64,000 nt of DNA, from assembly GCF_036321535.1 (NCBI RefSeq), contig NC_087472.1:91018001-91082000 (forward strand). Reading direction: 5' to 3'. The first letter of the stretch is position 1, and every line of letters starts with the position of its first letter. The DNA comes from Camelus dromedarius (Eukaryota). The notes beneath the pieces were generated by a model. That model searched no databases, had not been told where the DNA came from, and saw nothing but the letters and a program-made list of their open reading frames with translations. This document shows, piece by piece, positions 26,016 through 39,099 of the stretch. The position numbers and the translations under genes were made by a program.

Positions 26016-26399
26016 TAGTAGCCCTTATGCAGAACCCTTCAGCTTTCTGGGCTCTGTGAAACAAGGGGATTGAAGCAGCACTAGAATTTGTTCATTATAA
26101 AAACATTCTTACTAATATGTTTACCACTTGCTTTACTTCTTAGCACCCAAGTGGAAGGGAGCTAAAATGAGATTCACACAATTGTATACAAGAATGCAAG
26201 GTGTATAGTACACTATAGTACAGTATAGTTTGTGAAAATGCTTGTAAACATGAAAGCATTATACAAAATTAAGCTGTCGTTGTAATCACGCACAAATCAA
26301 GAGTACAAGTTAGTCTAAGGAAAAGAAATGAAGACCAGCACGAAACTGTGGAGGGGGTGCTCCTTCTCTAAGGCAGTCTGCAAAACGGCAAGGGAGGAG

Positions 26400-26610
26400 A
26401 TAATGGCTATTGAGAACCTACAGTGTTCCTGGTTATTTACATACATTCATTCACTTAACCCTCAAAATGATCATATAGTGTTATTATCAGTGCATCTTAC
26501 AGATGAGGAAATTAAGGCCTGGAGATGGTAAATAATTTGCCTAAGTTCAAATAGAATATGATATAACAACAAGGGTATGAACACAGGCCTTTGGACTTCA
26601 AGGATATTTC
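26400..26610 (-). mobile_element. MIR SINE
   Basis: TTACAGATGAGGAAATTAAGGC core. Confidence 0.7.
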
Positions 26611-26869
26611 CTATCCTTTCTTTCCTCTCACTTCCTTAGCCGTTGCCACACTGCAGAGATACATTCCAATTAGTTATCACTAAATGTTTTTCTTACATTT
26701 TTTTGGAATATTTTTTCTCTTATGACAGACTACATGCTTATGGGAAAAATTGCCATAAAAGTATTATTCATGCATCCAAGATCTTATTGTCCCAAAATAT
26801 CTACTGATAAATTTGGGGACATCTTCCCCATCTATTTTCTCTATACTGGGCTTCTCTTTAATTAAGGAT

Positions 26870-28180
26870 AAAAGCATTTTAATTATTTTTTTAAGTATGC
26901 ATGTAATATATGAACACATGTTTATTATAAAAGTCAAAGAATCAAAAAGCTTATAAGATAAAATATCCATTTGGTGTGTACTCTTCCAAACATGTTACAC
27001 AAAAGATTGTATTGTATTATAATAAATTATGTCTTACTTATATGCAGATATTATATATTTTTTTGTTCTACACAAATGAGATAACTCTAGACATATTTGT
27101 TGAAATTTTCTCTTTCACTTACTGATGTCTTGGAGATCTTTCCACATCAGGACATAAAGATCTGCTACATATTTTCAAACTGCAAAGGGGGCATTACCAT
27201 ATTTTATTTAACTCTTCTCTTATCCATGGGCACTTAGACTGTTTCCAATATTTTACTGTAACAACATAATTATGCACATATATTTTTTAAAAAACTGCCT
27301 CAAGAAATGAAGTTATATATAAGGTTGTAAACATGAGAGCATTTCTCTTTATTTTCAAAAATACTTCCAAATTTACTGTCCAAAAAATGCTATTCCAAAC
27401 AGGGTTTGAGGGCTCATTTCCACCTCACTAGTGAATACCAGAGAGTATACATATTTTTAATTTTTCCTAATCTAATTAGAGACAGATTATTATTGCTTAA
27501 TTTACATTTTCCTGATTTCAAACAAGCATTAACTTTTATATTCATTGGACATTTTATTTTCTTTCTCAATAAATTATTAGTTTACTTCTTATATTCAAAT
27601 TTAATTTTAATTCAAGTTTTTCTTTTGCATATATATAATGGGTATTGATCCTTTGATTATATATATTTAAAATAAACTCCTGGACTCTCTTATCAGTTAT
27701 CTTGGTTTATAGTATGTTTTAATGTACAGAAATGTTAGATTTGTGTGTATTCAAATATATCAGTATTTTCCTTTACGACTTCCAGGTTTTTAAAAATAAT
27801 TTTCACCACCCTGAGATTGTGTGTGTATGTGTGTTTACTTCTAGCGCTTCCTAAAGTTTCTTAACAATTAGATATCTAATTCATCTGGAACTTATTTTGT
27901 ATTTGATGTACAGAAGGGCTCTAGTTTTAATCCAATGAATTTCTGGGTTTCACAACACCATCCACCACCCACCAATGGCGAAGTATTTTTACTGCTTTAG
28001 CTTGATAGCATATTTTATGTCTGGTAAAGCAAGTTCTCCATCATTCTTCCTATTTTTCAAAAGCTTCTTTGTTGTTCTTGTACATGATCCCTTTTACATT
28101 AAATTTAGAATCACCTTATCAAGATTCTAATTGACGTTGCATTAAATGTATAGGTTAATTCCAGGGGAAAATGACAGTTC
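26870..28180 (-). mobile_element. Highly diverged L1M fragments
   Basis: T-rich antisense L1 motifs (GGGCACTTAGACTGTTTCCA, ATTCATCTGGAACTTATTTT, AATTTAGAATCACCTT). Confidence 0.55.
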
Positions 28181-28182
28181 TA

Positions 28183-28692
28183 TGTGGTAGGCAGATTAAT
28201 GCCCCCTAAAGATGTCCATGGCCCACTTCCTGGAACCTGTGAATATATTACATGGCAAAGCATAATTAAGGTTGCAGGTGGAATGAAGGCTGTTAATCAG
28301 CCGACCTTAAGATTTTTCTGGATTGGGGGAGGAGGAGGAGCAAGTGTAATCATAAGGGCCCTTAAAAGTGAGAGAGGGAAGCAGAAGAACAGAGTTAGAG
28401 GGAGATCTGATTATGGAAGACGGGTCAGAAAAGTTCAGTGCTGCTGGCTTTGAAGCTGGAGGAAGGGGATCACAAGCCAAAGAACGCAGTGGCCTCTAGA
28501 AGCTGTAAAAGGCAAGGAAATTGATTGTCCCCTGGAGCCTCCAAAAAGGAATGCAGCCCCGCTGACGCCTTGATTTTAGCCCAGTAAAACTCGTGTTGAA
28601 CTTCTAACTTGCAGAGCTGTGACATAATAAATCTGTGTTGTTTTAAGACACTAAATTTGTTGTAATTTTTTATAGCAGCAAGAGAAAACACA
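28183..28692 (+). mobile_element. MLT1D-type solo LTR
   Basis: TGTGGTAGGCAG...CCTAAAGATGTCC start, AATAAATCTGTGTTG near the end; possible 5-bp TSD TTCTA / CTCTA. Confidence 0.88.
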
Positions 28693-28806
28693 CTCTACAA
28701 TATCGAAATTTCTCTAACAGTTGGAATATCTGGTTACAAGTAACAGAAATAGACTCTAGCTAACTTAAATACGAAAGGAATGTATTTCAATGACGTTAGA
28801 AAACTT

Positions 28807-29196
28807 TAATAATAATAATAATACAGATCTCCACAAAGGGGTGTTAACATCCAATTATAAGGACTCCCTATTGTAGTGGAATTAATTCCTGTAATGAATG
28901 TTTGTTTTTCACAGTACCTAACATCTTTTGTAATCCATCCCATGTTTTTAAATTTTGAATTTTTATGCCTATCTTTAAAATGTAGTATCTAATAAATAGT
29001 GTTTTCTGAAGTCCCTTGTCTATACGGAAGGAACCTAAATTCTACCAGTCAGACCTACCTACACTTTGGTTCACATGGGAGCTCTTAGAGGAAAAGGATC
29101 CTGCCTAGGGCATCTGTGTACAGGAGAGAGATACTCTGAGGAGTCTGACATCCAAAGCCATTAATAAAGATTGTAGAAACATCAAAAAAAAAAAAA
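28807..29196 (+). pseudogene. Retroposed polyadenylated RNA 3' end of unknown source (3'UTR retrocopy or orphan L1 transduction)
   Basis: AATAAA at 29163-29168, A run from 29184, TSD AGAAAACTT (28798-28806 / 29197-29205); interrupts an MLT1-like LTR. Confidence 0.7.
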
Positions 29197-29277
29197 AGAA
29201 AACTTATAGAACCCACAAAACTTTGGAAAATCAGGGTCTGGAAGTGAAGCAAGAAAGCAAGATTTCATAAAGTCTTT

Positions 29278-29870
29278 GCATCAGTCAGTCTTCAATTGGA
29301 AAATCAGAAACCACCACTCCGGGTATTCGAGCAGAGGGAATTTAACACAGGAAATGGTTACATGAGTGTTAGAAGTGCAAAAAGAACAAAATGAAAAAGG
29401 AGGGCAGAGAAAAAGGGAGAAAGAGTTACTCTGAATCGGAGTGTTAGTCAGAGATCAGGCTGATAGCATTGCCTCTGGGCTGGAGCCCGTGAGCCCACAA
29501 CCACCGTCGGGTTTCCGGAGACACCACTACTGCTGCTACCACTCCTGCGTCTGCACCACTGCTGCTGAGCAGGAAACCAGTATCCCATGCTTTCACTAAG
29601 GCTGCTGAAGCCTGGAGCCCAGAGCTTTCCACCTTCACCCTCGGTTAATTTCTCTGGTGGCGCTGTTACAGAAACCTCCTCCAAAAGTGAAAATAAAGAC
29701 TTCTCTCCTGCCTTCAAGTCTTCCATCATTCCTTTCCATCAGCAGAATCTAACAGAAAGCCAGCTAATAATGGAGTTTGGGGAATGTAGTCGTCAGGGTT
29801 TAATCCCAGCAGTGCATAAGAGAGAAGTGAAAAGTGAGTGCAGAGCTGAGAGACAACAGGCATTATCAGG
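29278..29870. mobile_element. Ancient LTR remnant
   Basis: CAGAAACCACCAC...AGAGGGAATTTAACACAGG and CAGAATCTAACAGAAAGCCAGCT motifs typical of old mammalian LTRs. Confidence 0.45.
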
Positions 29871-29881
29871 CATAGGAAGAG

Positions 29882-30588
29882 TATGGTCAGTCTGTTAGTT
29901 TTCTATCGCAGTGTAACCAATGATCACAGATGCAACCCCTTAAAATAACCTACATTTATTATCTCATAGTTTCCGTGGGTCAGGAGAGCAGGCATGGCAT
30001 AACTGTGTCCTCTGGTCAGGGTTTCACAAGACTCTGATGAAGGTGTTAGCCAGGGCTGCAATTTCATCTGAGTCCCCAGGGGGGAGGGTATAGCTCAGTG
30101 GTAGAGTGCATGCCTAACAAGCAGGAAGTCCTGGGCTCAATTCCCAGTACCTCCATTAAAAAATAAGTAAATAAATAAACCTAATTACCCCACCAAAAAA
30201 GTCATTTCATCTGAGTCTCCAGGTACTTGTCCAAGATCACATGGTTGTTGGCAGAATTCAGTGTCTTGTGGTTGTAGGACTGAGGTCCCTGCTTTCTAGC
30301 TGGCTGTTGGCCAGGGGCTGTTCTCACCTCTGAGAGGTTGTCCAGTTTTTTGTCATGTGACCCTCTCATAGCACCTTGCTTCTTCAAGGCGGCAGGAGAA
30401 TCTCTTTATCCAGTCTTCTGAGATGAGCGTTCTATATAATGTAACATGCTCAAAGGAGTGACTAGCTCCTCATATTTGCATAATTCTATTGGCTAGGAGC
30501 AAGTCACAGGTTTCACCCACACTCAAAGGGAAGGGATTATTCAACAGTGTGACTCACTGGAGGGTCACCTTAGGGTGTGTCCACCATA
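29882..30588 (-). mobile_element. MLT1 LTR interrupted by a Vic-1 SINE
   Basis: TTTATTATCTCATAGTTTCCGTGGGTCAGG...GTTGTAGGACTGAGGTCCC...AAGTCACAGG. Confidence 0.8.
30080..30203 (+). mobile_element. Vic-1-type SINE
   Basis: A and B boxes; TSD ATTTCATCTGAGTC(C/T)CCAG (30061-30079 / 30204-30222). Confidence 0.9.
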
Positions 30589-30716
30589 GTTAGGATTTAG
30601 GTGTGGCACCAGCACCACACACCACTGGTGCTGGATTCTTATGACCCCCATGCCTATGAAAAGTCTCTCAACTTCCCTGAATCTTGATATCACTCTTTCA
30701 AGATTCAAGGACTGTA

Positions 30717-30810
30717 GCCCCAATTTAAGTTTAGAAATTACCAGTTTCAGTAATAACTGAACCTGTTCAAAGTGTTAGTCCAGGTTTTGTTGCTTGAAAA
30801 AAAAAAAAAA
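30717..30810 (+). pseudogene. Short retroposed RNA fragment (80 nt plus A14), source unidentified
   Basis: 17-bp TSD AAGATTCAAGG(A/C)CTGTA (30700-30716 / 30811-30827) flanking unique sequence and a poly-A tail. Confidence 0.8.
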
Positions 30811-31267
30811 AAGATTCAAGGCCTGTAACATTCATTGGCTGAACCCTTGTCATATGCCCCCTCATCCTCTCCCTAGATAATAATAGAAGGGAGTATTTCC
30901 CTCCTTTATTTTCCATAGTGGTTCCACCAGTGCTACACAAAATAGAGGATTTCTCCCAAATAGAAAGGTGTCTTCTTAGATGCCCACTTGTTACAGCTCT
31001 TCATCTATTCAGATCTTCTTCTAGAATATACTGTAAAGTGTGGTAGTTGTATTCATATAAGATTTGCATGTTTTTGTTAGTTTTTTTAGTGAAGAATTTC
31101 AGTTACAAATGACAAGAACCAGAACAGATGAGCTAAGAGAAAAAAATAAAATGTGTTCACTTAAATACTGAGGATACCAGGGATGGAACTAATTTAGAGG
31201 CCCCAGGAATTCTTGAGAGAGAGAGAAGGGCTAGACGTAGAGACAGAGACAGAGATGGAGACAGGGA

Positions 31268-31694
31268 TTGCTGGAGGAGGTCGCAGAGAGGACATGACTA
31301 CTGGCTGACCCTCCAGCTGGACCCAGGTGAATGGAGGCTCCTCGCCCCCAACCTTGTCCTTGGAATGTGCCTTCTGTTTGCCTTTGCCACACTAGAAGCT
31401 ACCCCAACAACACGTCCTTGAGATACTAATGTATTGTTAAGACCATCTGGACAGTATATGTGACTGAACCCTGTTAAGGCTTCTATATAGCCTTTTAAGA
31501 ATCTGGCAGGTGGGTGCGGAAATCAACTCATCTTCACTGCTCAAAGCGAGCTTCATTTGTAAGTGCCCTTGCTGTAAGCCTGCCACCTACCAATCTGGAG
31601 TGATCTTCCTCTTTCTTCTGTTTCTCCTTGCCCTTCATCTACAGGGGGCCAGTTTCAGATTTCACCCGGGAAGCTCCCGAGTTTGGGAACCAAT
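31268..31694 (+). mobile_element. ERVL-class LTR (MER54/MER74-like)
   Basis: GGAATGTGCCTTCTG...CTTCATTTGTAAGTGCCC...CCTGCCACCTACCAATCTGGAG motifs. Confidence 0.6.
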
Positions 31695-32852
31695 AGAGAT
31701 GCAGATAGAGATGGTGATTTATATACATACACCCTGCCTGCAATCCCTGCAAAAGCAGACCTTTTTCCATGAGACGGGGGAATGTGCGACTTATCTGCAC
31801 AAAGGCTGTGGATATTAAATTCACAGTCCCAAAACCTGACTGTGTAAAAATGTAACATCCACATCTGACATGCGAATATTTCACTGGAAAACAGAAAAAT
31901 CAATTATGAGATAATTTTTCACTGTTTAGAGTAATCACTATAAAAGTCTTTTAAAGTAATATATTTAAAATATATTTTATTTAAAATAAACTCTCAAATA
32001 ACCTTAAAAATGTAACTCTCTTCCTTTCTCCTTAACTAGATTCAATTTAGCTACTGAGCCCCCAAGGCAGTCAGCAGTGTAAAACTTACTCTTGCCAGTT
32101 CAAGATAACAGCCATTATCAGGTTGAAACTCATGCTCTTTCGAGTAACTTAGAAATCCCCATCCCTTCTTCTTCTTCTCAGAAATAAGCTAGATTCTTTA
32201 TGAGCGACTTATTACAAATCAGGCTTTAATATGAAGAGGGTTCTAGATACAGAGATCCTATCTTTTACCAGAATAAATCAGAATTTAGCCTGCTTACCTG
32301 ATCTTTGTTACTGAGTTCTGACATTTATTGCTGAATGCATAATCCCATCATGGTCCATGGTCACCGGGACACAATTCTAGTTCTTCTGCATCCTGCCCCA
32401 GGCACCCTCAGGCCCACTGGTGCTCTCTCAGACTCTCAGAGGTTGAAAAACACTCAGCTGCCTTCCCCTCAGCAGACTGATGTGCATGGGCCTCTGGGAG
32501 GCTGACATCAGGGTCATCTGCTGGGAACCTTTCTTAGCTCTGTCCTCTGCTCTGGAGCCTTACTAAATGAGAGGCTTCTCTTAGAGGCTTGCGGTCTCCT
32601 GGCTACATCTGAGGTGTGTGGCACACTTCCTGCCATCCTCAGACCCACCAAAACCATCAATGGCTTGCATCACTTTCTGTCACCCCAGACCCACTCCAGA
32701 CAGGGGGGGGGGGGCAGCCCCCCGTGCTGTCTTAGGGACCCTCACTGATCTCTAACTCTCTCATTTCCCCTCCAAATTTCACTCTGTCCTCACCCTAATA
32801 GAATCTTTATGTGGTCTGGGGTGGGAATCACTCTTACATCACCACGCATTCT

Positions 32853-32927
32853 TCTTTTTTTAATGGTGGTACTGGGGATTGAACCCAGGACCCCATGCTC
32901 TTTACCACTGAGCTATTTCCCTCCCCC
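32853..32927 (-). mobile_element. Internally deleted Vic-1-type SINE
   Basis: GTACTGGGGATTGAACCCAGG...ACCACTGAGCTAT; TSD CA(C/T)GCATTCT (32843-32852 / 32931-32940). Confidence 0.8.
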
Positions 32928-33151
32928 AGTCATGCATTCTGACTCTCCAGGCTGTTTATGGATAAGCCTCATGTTCTACTTCACTAGAAGGTCGTAAAGA
33001 AAGTAAAAAAGTGGGGGGGAAACTTTAGAGTTTCTTTGGAAACTCTAAAGCTCTTTAAAAATATAAAGTGACGTTTCAACAATATTTTCATAATGGATAA
33101 TGGTTCTTAGTTTGAACTTAGTGTCCTTCAAACTTTTAAGGAAAAACAAAC

Positions 33152-33583
33152 TGTAATAGAAAAGAACACATCTGACTCTGTATTAGATCTGCTCCTTCGG
33201 CTTTAACCGTGCGCCCTGTTTCCTAGGCTTAGTCTTGCTAGCTCTGCACTCATGTAAAGATAACAAGTTGCAGAATAGAGAATAACATTTGTTTTGTTGG
33301 AGGTTTTGCAGGAGCACCATGAGCTGGCCCACGTGGACAGCTGCAGGAACAAAGAATTCCTACATCAAGAAGTTTGCAACAACCAACCACATCCCCTCCC
33401 CTTTTTTTGTATAAAAAGAACCTGTATTCTGACTTGGGGAAAATGGTTCTCTAAGAGATTAGTCTGCCATCTTCTCAGTCTGCTGGCTTTCCAAATAAAA
33501 TCACTTTTCCTTGCCCCAATACCTCGTCTCCCGATTTATTGGCCTGTTGTGCAGTGGGCAGAATGAGTTTGGACTTAGTAACA
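33152..33583 (+). mobile_element. ERV1-class solo LTR
   Basis: TGTAA...TAACA termini, TATAAAA at about 33410, AATAAA at about 33495; flanks AAAC / AAAG. Confidence 0.8.
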
Positions 33584-34719
33584 AAAGCAGCTCACAAATG
33601 ATGATTTTAAAATCTGAATTTATAAAGTTGTTTGGGCATCATATTCTGTAACAAAATACCTTATTTCTCTAGGGCATGATTCCCTTTTGCAGAAATTTGC
33701 ATTAGTTATAGTAGCAGCTGATTTTTCTTCCAGGCATCAAAACTAGTCCTGGCTTCATTTTTCTTCTTGTGTCACACACAATCAATTATAAGACGACTTC
33801 CTCCAAAAACATTGACCACACTATTAACATATTCAGGTCACAATCAGCCCAAACAGTCCATGGTTATGAATTAAAATGGAGAGAAAAATGTGTGACCTTC
33901 AACTTGAAATCAGAAATGAGGTGCCCAGGAAGTATCAGAGGGTTTCTTCAAGGTGGAGGAGCTTTTCATAATCCTTTCTCACACCTGATCATGTATCAGG
34001 CTACCCCTAGCATGGTTGGACCCACAGTGTTTGACATTTTATGCTTCTTCCTTCTCCTTTGAACAATTTTACACTGGTATAATCTAAAAATCAGTTGCAG
34101 CCTGCAAGAAAAAAAAGAGAGTACATGGAAGGGAGAAGGGCTAATTAATGTATCTACTTTGATGATGACGCCCTGAAATAGTAAATGGTTTTCCACCGGA
34201 GGTTGAAGACAGTGAGGGATTTATCCAGCTACTCTTGTTATCCCTTGGTTAAGAGTTGTCCCTAGGGCCATCAACTATCCCACAGAGGCTGTGCCCCCAT
34301 GAAGCTGAGCAAGCTTTAGCAGTGCCAGAGAAAGCTGTTGGCAAAAGAGCAAAGATATACAGATACATTGCAGTGGGAAGCTACTAGCTTACTGAGAATG
34401 TCCACAGCTTCAAGTGACTCAGGCAAACCAAGAGGATACCGGGCAGAATGTCAATGACATTTATTGTATTAGATGCCCTCTCTCCACTGATGGCTCCTGG
34501 AACTGTTCCAATGTCTCCAAGCAAATCTCTCATCACTTCCAAATTTAATTTCTTCAAACTTATCTTCTCAGTAACTCAGGATAGCCACAGTTAACCCCTA
34601 CGTCCCATGAGTTTCCCCAGGCAGGCACCATACCTAAATAACTGGAAAAGTGTTCTTTATTTTGTTTTTATAGTCAAGCTCTTCAGGAGGAAAAGTGGCT
34701 TTAAAAACTCAAAGACTGA

Positions 34720-36250
34720 GAGTTCTACTCCTAGCCATGGTGGAATAACTGAGGCTCAACATACCCTCCCACTGTAAACACCACAAATCTAGCCAAAGTA
34801 TACAAGACAATAATCTCTGGCCGTTGGAAGACAGGCAGTACAGGATCATAAGGATGTAAGGAAAACAGACAAATAAAGTGAGTCATACAATCACTCCAGT
34901 TTTCTTCCCAGAGGCAATTTCCAGACTGTGGGGCAGAATCCCAAGCATAGCAGGGAAGTGCTGCTGAATTGAAGAGATGGATAGTGTTCAGGAAGACGTA
35001 GATGGCTGGAATTTGTGGGGCAGAGTACCAGGGAAGAGGGAGATGTGCAGTGAAATAAACTTAGAGGTCCCATTGAATCTGTTGCTGAATACTAAGCTAC
35101 ACACACATAGGGTGAAAATACTGATGTGTCGAGCAAAAGGTGTTAGAGCAGGCAGATAGCTAGATATGAGCAGAGAAAGGGGGGCACGGGCCAAAGGGCA
35201 GGAAACCATGCATCTTGTGAACAATGGCGGAAAAGCAAGAACCTCCGGACTGATTAAAAAAATCACACATTTTGGGATGACAAGTGTCCTGGAGGCAGAC
35301 AAAGAAAGGTGGGGAAAGGCAAGAATCTCTGGCGTTGGAATGTAACCTTTTGCTTATTATGCCCTCATACAATAAAATCAGCCTTGCAGATTAGAAGCAC
35401 CCATCATGCACCGAAGCCAAGACACTTCCGATCCAGACTAAATAAGGACAAAAATCCCTCCTCCCCTTGGGCTGAAAATCAGGGAATATGACCCCCAAAC
35501 CTCTCCCTCACCAATGAAAATTCCACTCATTCATTTTTACACCCCGTATAACCAGCTTGGCAAAGAAACAGTGCAGCTGCTCACCTGAGCCTGCCCGCTC
35601 CCCTCTTGAGAACCTCCTATCGCTTAACTTAAACATCACGCAGGACTATGAAATGTTTAAATTGTGGCCAGCTAGAGAAATTTCATGTTGAATATCCAGG
35701 ATTTCAATCAAGAGCTCAGAGGCACATGGTTTAGTAGTGAAACTAAACTAGCCCTAGAGTAAAGGCTATTCTAAATCCACCTCAATCAAGCTAAAAACAA
35801 GCCTCAGTGGGAACAAGTTGATCTGTAACTAATTTAAATGCCTATCAGTACAACGCCCAAAATGCTTTAAAGAAAAATGAGGCCTAGCACCCCGTAATGT
35901 AAAATCCCAATGTTCAGCAACCAATCAAAACTCATCAGACGTGCAAAGAGGCAGAAAGATGTTATTCATAATCAGGAGAAAAAAATCAGCCACCAGAAAC
36001 AGAATCAGAAATGACAGTGATGATTTATTTAGAGGGAAGAGACTCTAAAAGAGCTGTTATGACTATGTTCAAGTATTTAAAGGAAAATATGAGCATTATC
36101 CAAAGAGAATTTTGAGATAAAAAGTACACTATATGAAATGGAATATTATAGCTACTGAAAAGAAACTCAGTAGATGTGATCAAATAGACTGGACCCATCT
36201 AACAGAAGGACTAGTTCATTGGAAGATAGTACTGAAGAATTCACACAATG
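34720..36250 (+). mobile_element. Old L1M 5'UTR/ORF1-proximal region, interrupted by an LTR
   Basis: L1M 5' motifs (CCCATTGAATCTGTTGCTGAATACTAAGCT, AACTAGCCCTAGAGTAAAGGCT, TATGTTCAAG). Confidence 0.6.
35141..35630 (+). mobile_element. ERV1-class LTR, 3'-truncated; same family as 45167-45781
   Basis: TGTTAGAGCAGGCAGA start and collinear similarity to 45167-45660. Confidence 0.85.
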
Positions 36251-36279
36251 CAATGCTGAAAAAGAAAATACATCAGAGA

Positions 36280-36486
36280 AAATATATAAAGACTCCTACA
36301 ACTCAACAACAACAAAAACACAGCCCAGTTCAAAAATGGGCAAGGGACTTCAATAGACATTTCTCCAAAGAGAATATACAGATGGCCAGTAAGTACATGA
36401 AAAGACGGTAAACATCATTAGTCATTAGGAAAATGCAAATCAAAACCACAATGAGATACAACTTTATCAGATTAGAATGGTTATTA

Positions 36487-36521
<35 letters not shown>

Positions 36522-37215
36522 GAAAATAAGTGCCGTTGAGAATGTGGGGAAATTGCACCCCTTGTGCATTATCGGTGTAATGTAAAATGTTACAACCACA
36601 GTAGAAAACACTTCAGCGGTTCCTCAAAAAGTTAAATTTAGAATTGCCGTGTGTTGCAACAATTCTACTTCTCAATATATACCCAAAAGGATTAAAAGCA
36701 GGGACTCAAACAGATATTTGCATATCAATGTTCATGGCAGCATTATTCACAAAGAGCCAAAAGGTGGAAACAAATCCAATGTGTATTAACAGATATTGGA
36801 TAAACAAAATGTAGTACATACTACAACGGAATGTCATTCAGCCTTAAAAAGGAAGGAAATTCTAATACATGCTACAACATGGATGAACCTTGAAAACATT
36901 ATGCTAAGTGAGGCAAGCCAGACACAGAAGGGCAAATATTGTTATGATTCCACTTGCATGAGATATCTAGGCTAGGCAAATTCATAGAGTCAGAAAGTAG
37001 AATAGAACTTACCAGGGGTTATGGGGAGGGAGTAATGGGGAGTTTTTATTTAAAGGGTATAGAGTTTCTGTCTGGAATGATGAAAAACTGCTGCAGATGG
37101 ACAGCAGTGATGGTTGCACAATATTGTGAACATACTTAATGCCACTGAATTGTACACTTAAAAGTTGTTAAAATGGTGATTAAATTTTATGTTATGTGTA
37201 TTTTACCTCAACAAA
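36280..37215 (+). mobile_element. L1MB-type ORF2 end and 3'UTR, with (CA)n at about 36489-36517
   Basis: Peptide [28 protein letters not shown]1MB 3'UTR motifs. Confidence 0.88.
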
Positions 37216-37435
37216 GTAAACTCTCAGAGAGAACAGACATGGACAACATATTGTGAAGTTACATAGTATGTCTGACAGGGCTACAGAAGAAGAGAAAGGG
37301 GGAAATAGCAAAAAATGGCATTATTTGAAGAAATAATATTTGAATTATTTTCCTGTATTTAAAGAATAAAGTCCTCACTTTTTAAAAAAGTGCATCCTGA
37401 GTACCAGCAGAATAAAGATAAATCACAATCAGGTA

Positions 37436-37915
37436 CAGGCATATTTCATTTTATTGTGCTTTGCATTATTGTGATTTTTACAAATTGAAGCTTTGGGGCA
37501 ACCCTGCATTGAGCAAATCTATTGGTGTCACTTTTCTAAAAGCATTTGCTCACTTCATGTCTGTGTCACATTTTGCTAATTCTTGCAATATTTCCAACTT
37601 TTTCATTATTATTATATTTGTTAGGGGGATTTGTGATCAGTGATCCTTACTGTTACTACTGCAAAAAGATTACAACTTGCTGAAGGCTCAGATAATGGTT
37701 ACCATTTTTGGCAATAAAGTATTTTTTAGTTAATGTATGTTCATTGTTTTTTTGGACATAATGGTATTGCACACTTAATAGACTACAGTATAGTGTAAAT
37801 ATAACTTTACATTCACTGGGAAACAAAAAAAAAATTAGTGTGACTGCTTTATGGCGATATTTGCTTTATTGTGGTGGTCTGCAACTGATTCTGTAATATC
37901 TCGGAGGCCTGCCTG
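37436..37915 (+). mobile_element. Internally deleted Tigger1-type element
   Basis: TA|CAGGCATATTTC...TTACAAATTGAAG start and ATATCTCGGAGGCCTGCCTG end. Confidence 0.8.
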
Positions 37916-38014
37916 GATATTGTGGTGAAACTGCAAAATATGAAAACGATTGAAAGCAAATTTTAGTTACCTACCCCACTGCTCAAGGTAAATAAAGCTA
38001 GATGCTGTTATATA

Positions 38015-38530
38015 GAAACAGTATTATTCAGCCATGAGAAAGGATGAATTTTTTCCATTTGCAACGACACAGATGGAACTTGGGGGACATTACGCTAAGT
38101 GAAATATATCAGACAAAGACAAATACTGTATGACCTCACTTTTATGTGGAATCTGAAAAAGGCAAATTCACAGAAACAAAAAGTAGAATGGTGATTGCCA
38201 GGGGGTAGAGGGCAGAGGAAATGGGGAGCTGTTGGTCATGAGTACAAACATCCAGTTATAAAATGAATAGGTCCTGGGGATCTCATGTACAGCACGGTGA
38301 CTATAGTTAACAATACTGTGTCGTATACTTGGACGTTGCTGAAAGAGGAAATCGTAAATATTCTCACCACAAGAACAAAATGGTAGTTATGTGACGTGAT
38401 TGAGGTATTAGCTAACACTATGGTGGTGATAATTTTGCAATATGTAAGTGGGTCAAATCAACATGTTGTACATCTTAAATTTACACAATGTTATATGTCA
38501 ATTATATCCCAAAAAAGCTGGGGGAAAAAG
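38015..38530 (+). mobile_element. L1MA-type 3' end
   Basis: CATTACGCTAAGTGAAAT...GTACAGCACGGTGACTATAGTTAACAATAC...ATGTTATATGTCAATTATATC. Confidence 0.85.
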
Positions 38531-39099
38531 AAGAAAAGCCTTTCACATAACCTTCCAAGGATCCAATCTCTGTTTTCTAGATCCTTGTGATCCTTGGGGT
38601 CTTCCACTAGAACTGCTGTATCCAGCCCGGAGATAAGGAAACAGTGTGTAGATAAAACACACCAGTTCTTAATTGCCTCATATTAGAAGTAACACATCAT
38701 TCACAGTGATTATCTGCATCAGAATGACAGTCTGAAGACAGACTGCAAAAAACTGCAAAAAAATTCAAGGAGTGGGGGTCAGTGTAACACAGACTTACAG
38801 ACTGGCCCTAAACTACATATTAAAGGAAAAACTTCAGCACACAAGAAAAACTGAAGGGAAGAAGCAGGGAAAGAAAAACAACAGTGATCATGGGAAAGAT
38901 TTATATTTTGGTAAATGTGATGATCTGTTGTATTTTTTAAAAGACATATATTTTACCCGTAAAACTGAGAAGTGTTTAAAAAGAAAGATCTCATTTGCAA
39001 TAATCACAAAAATGCTTGTGTACCTGCAAATCAGTTTCACCATTATTGAAGGACATAAAAAGTATCTAAAAAAAGAGAGAAAGGGTGTTCATAGATGAT

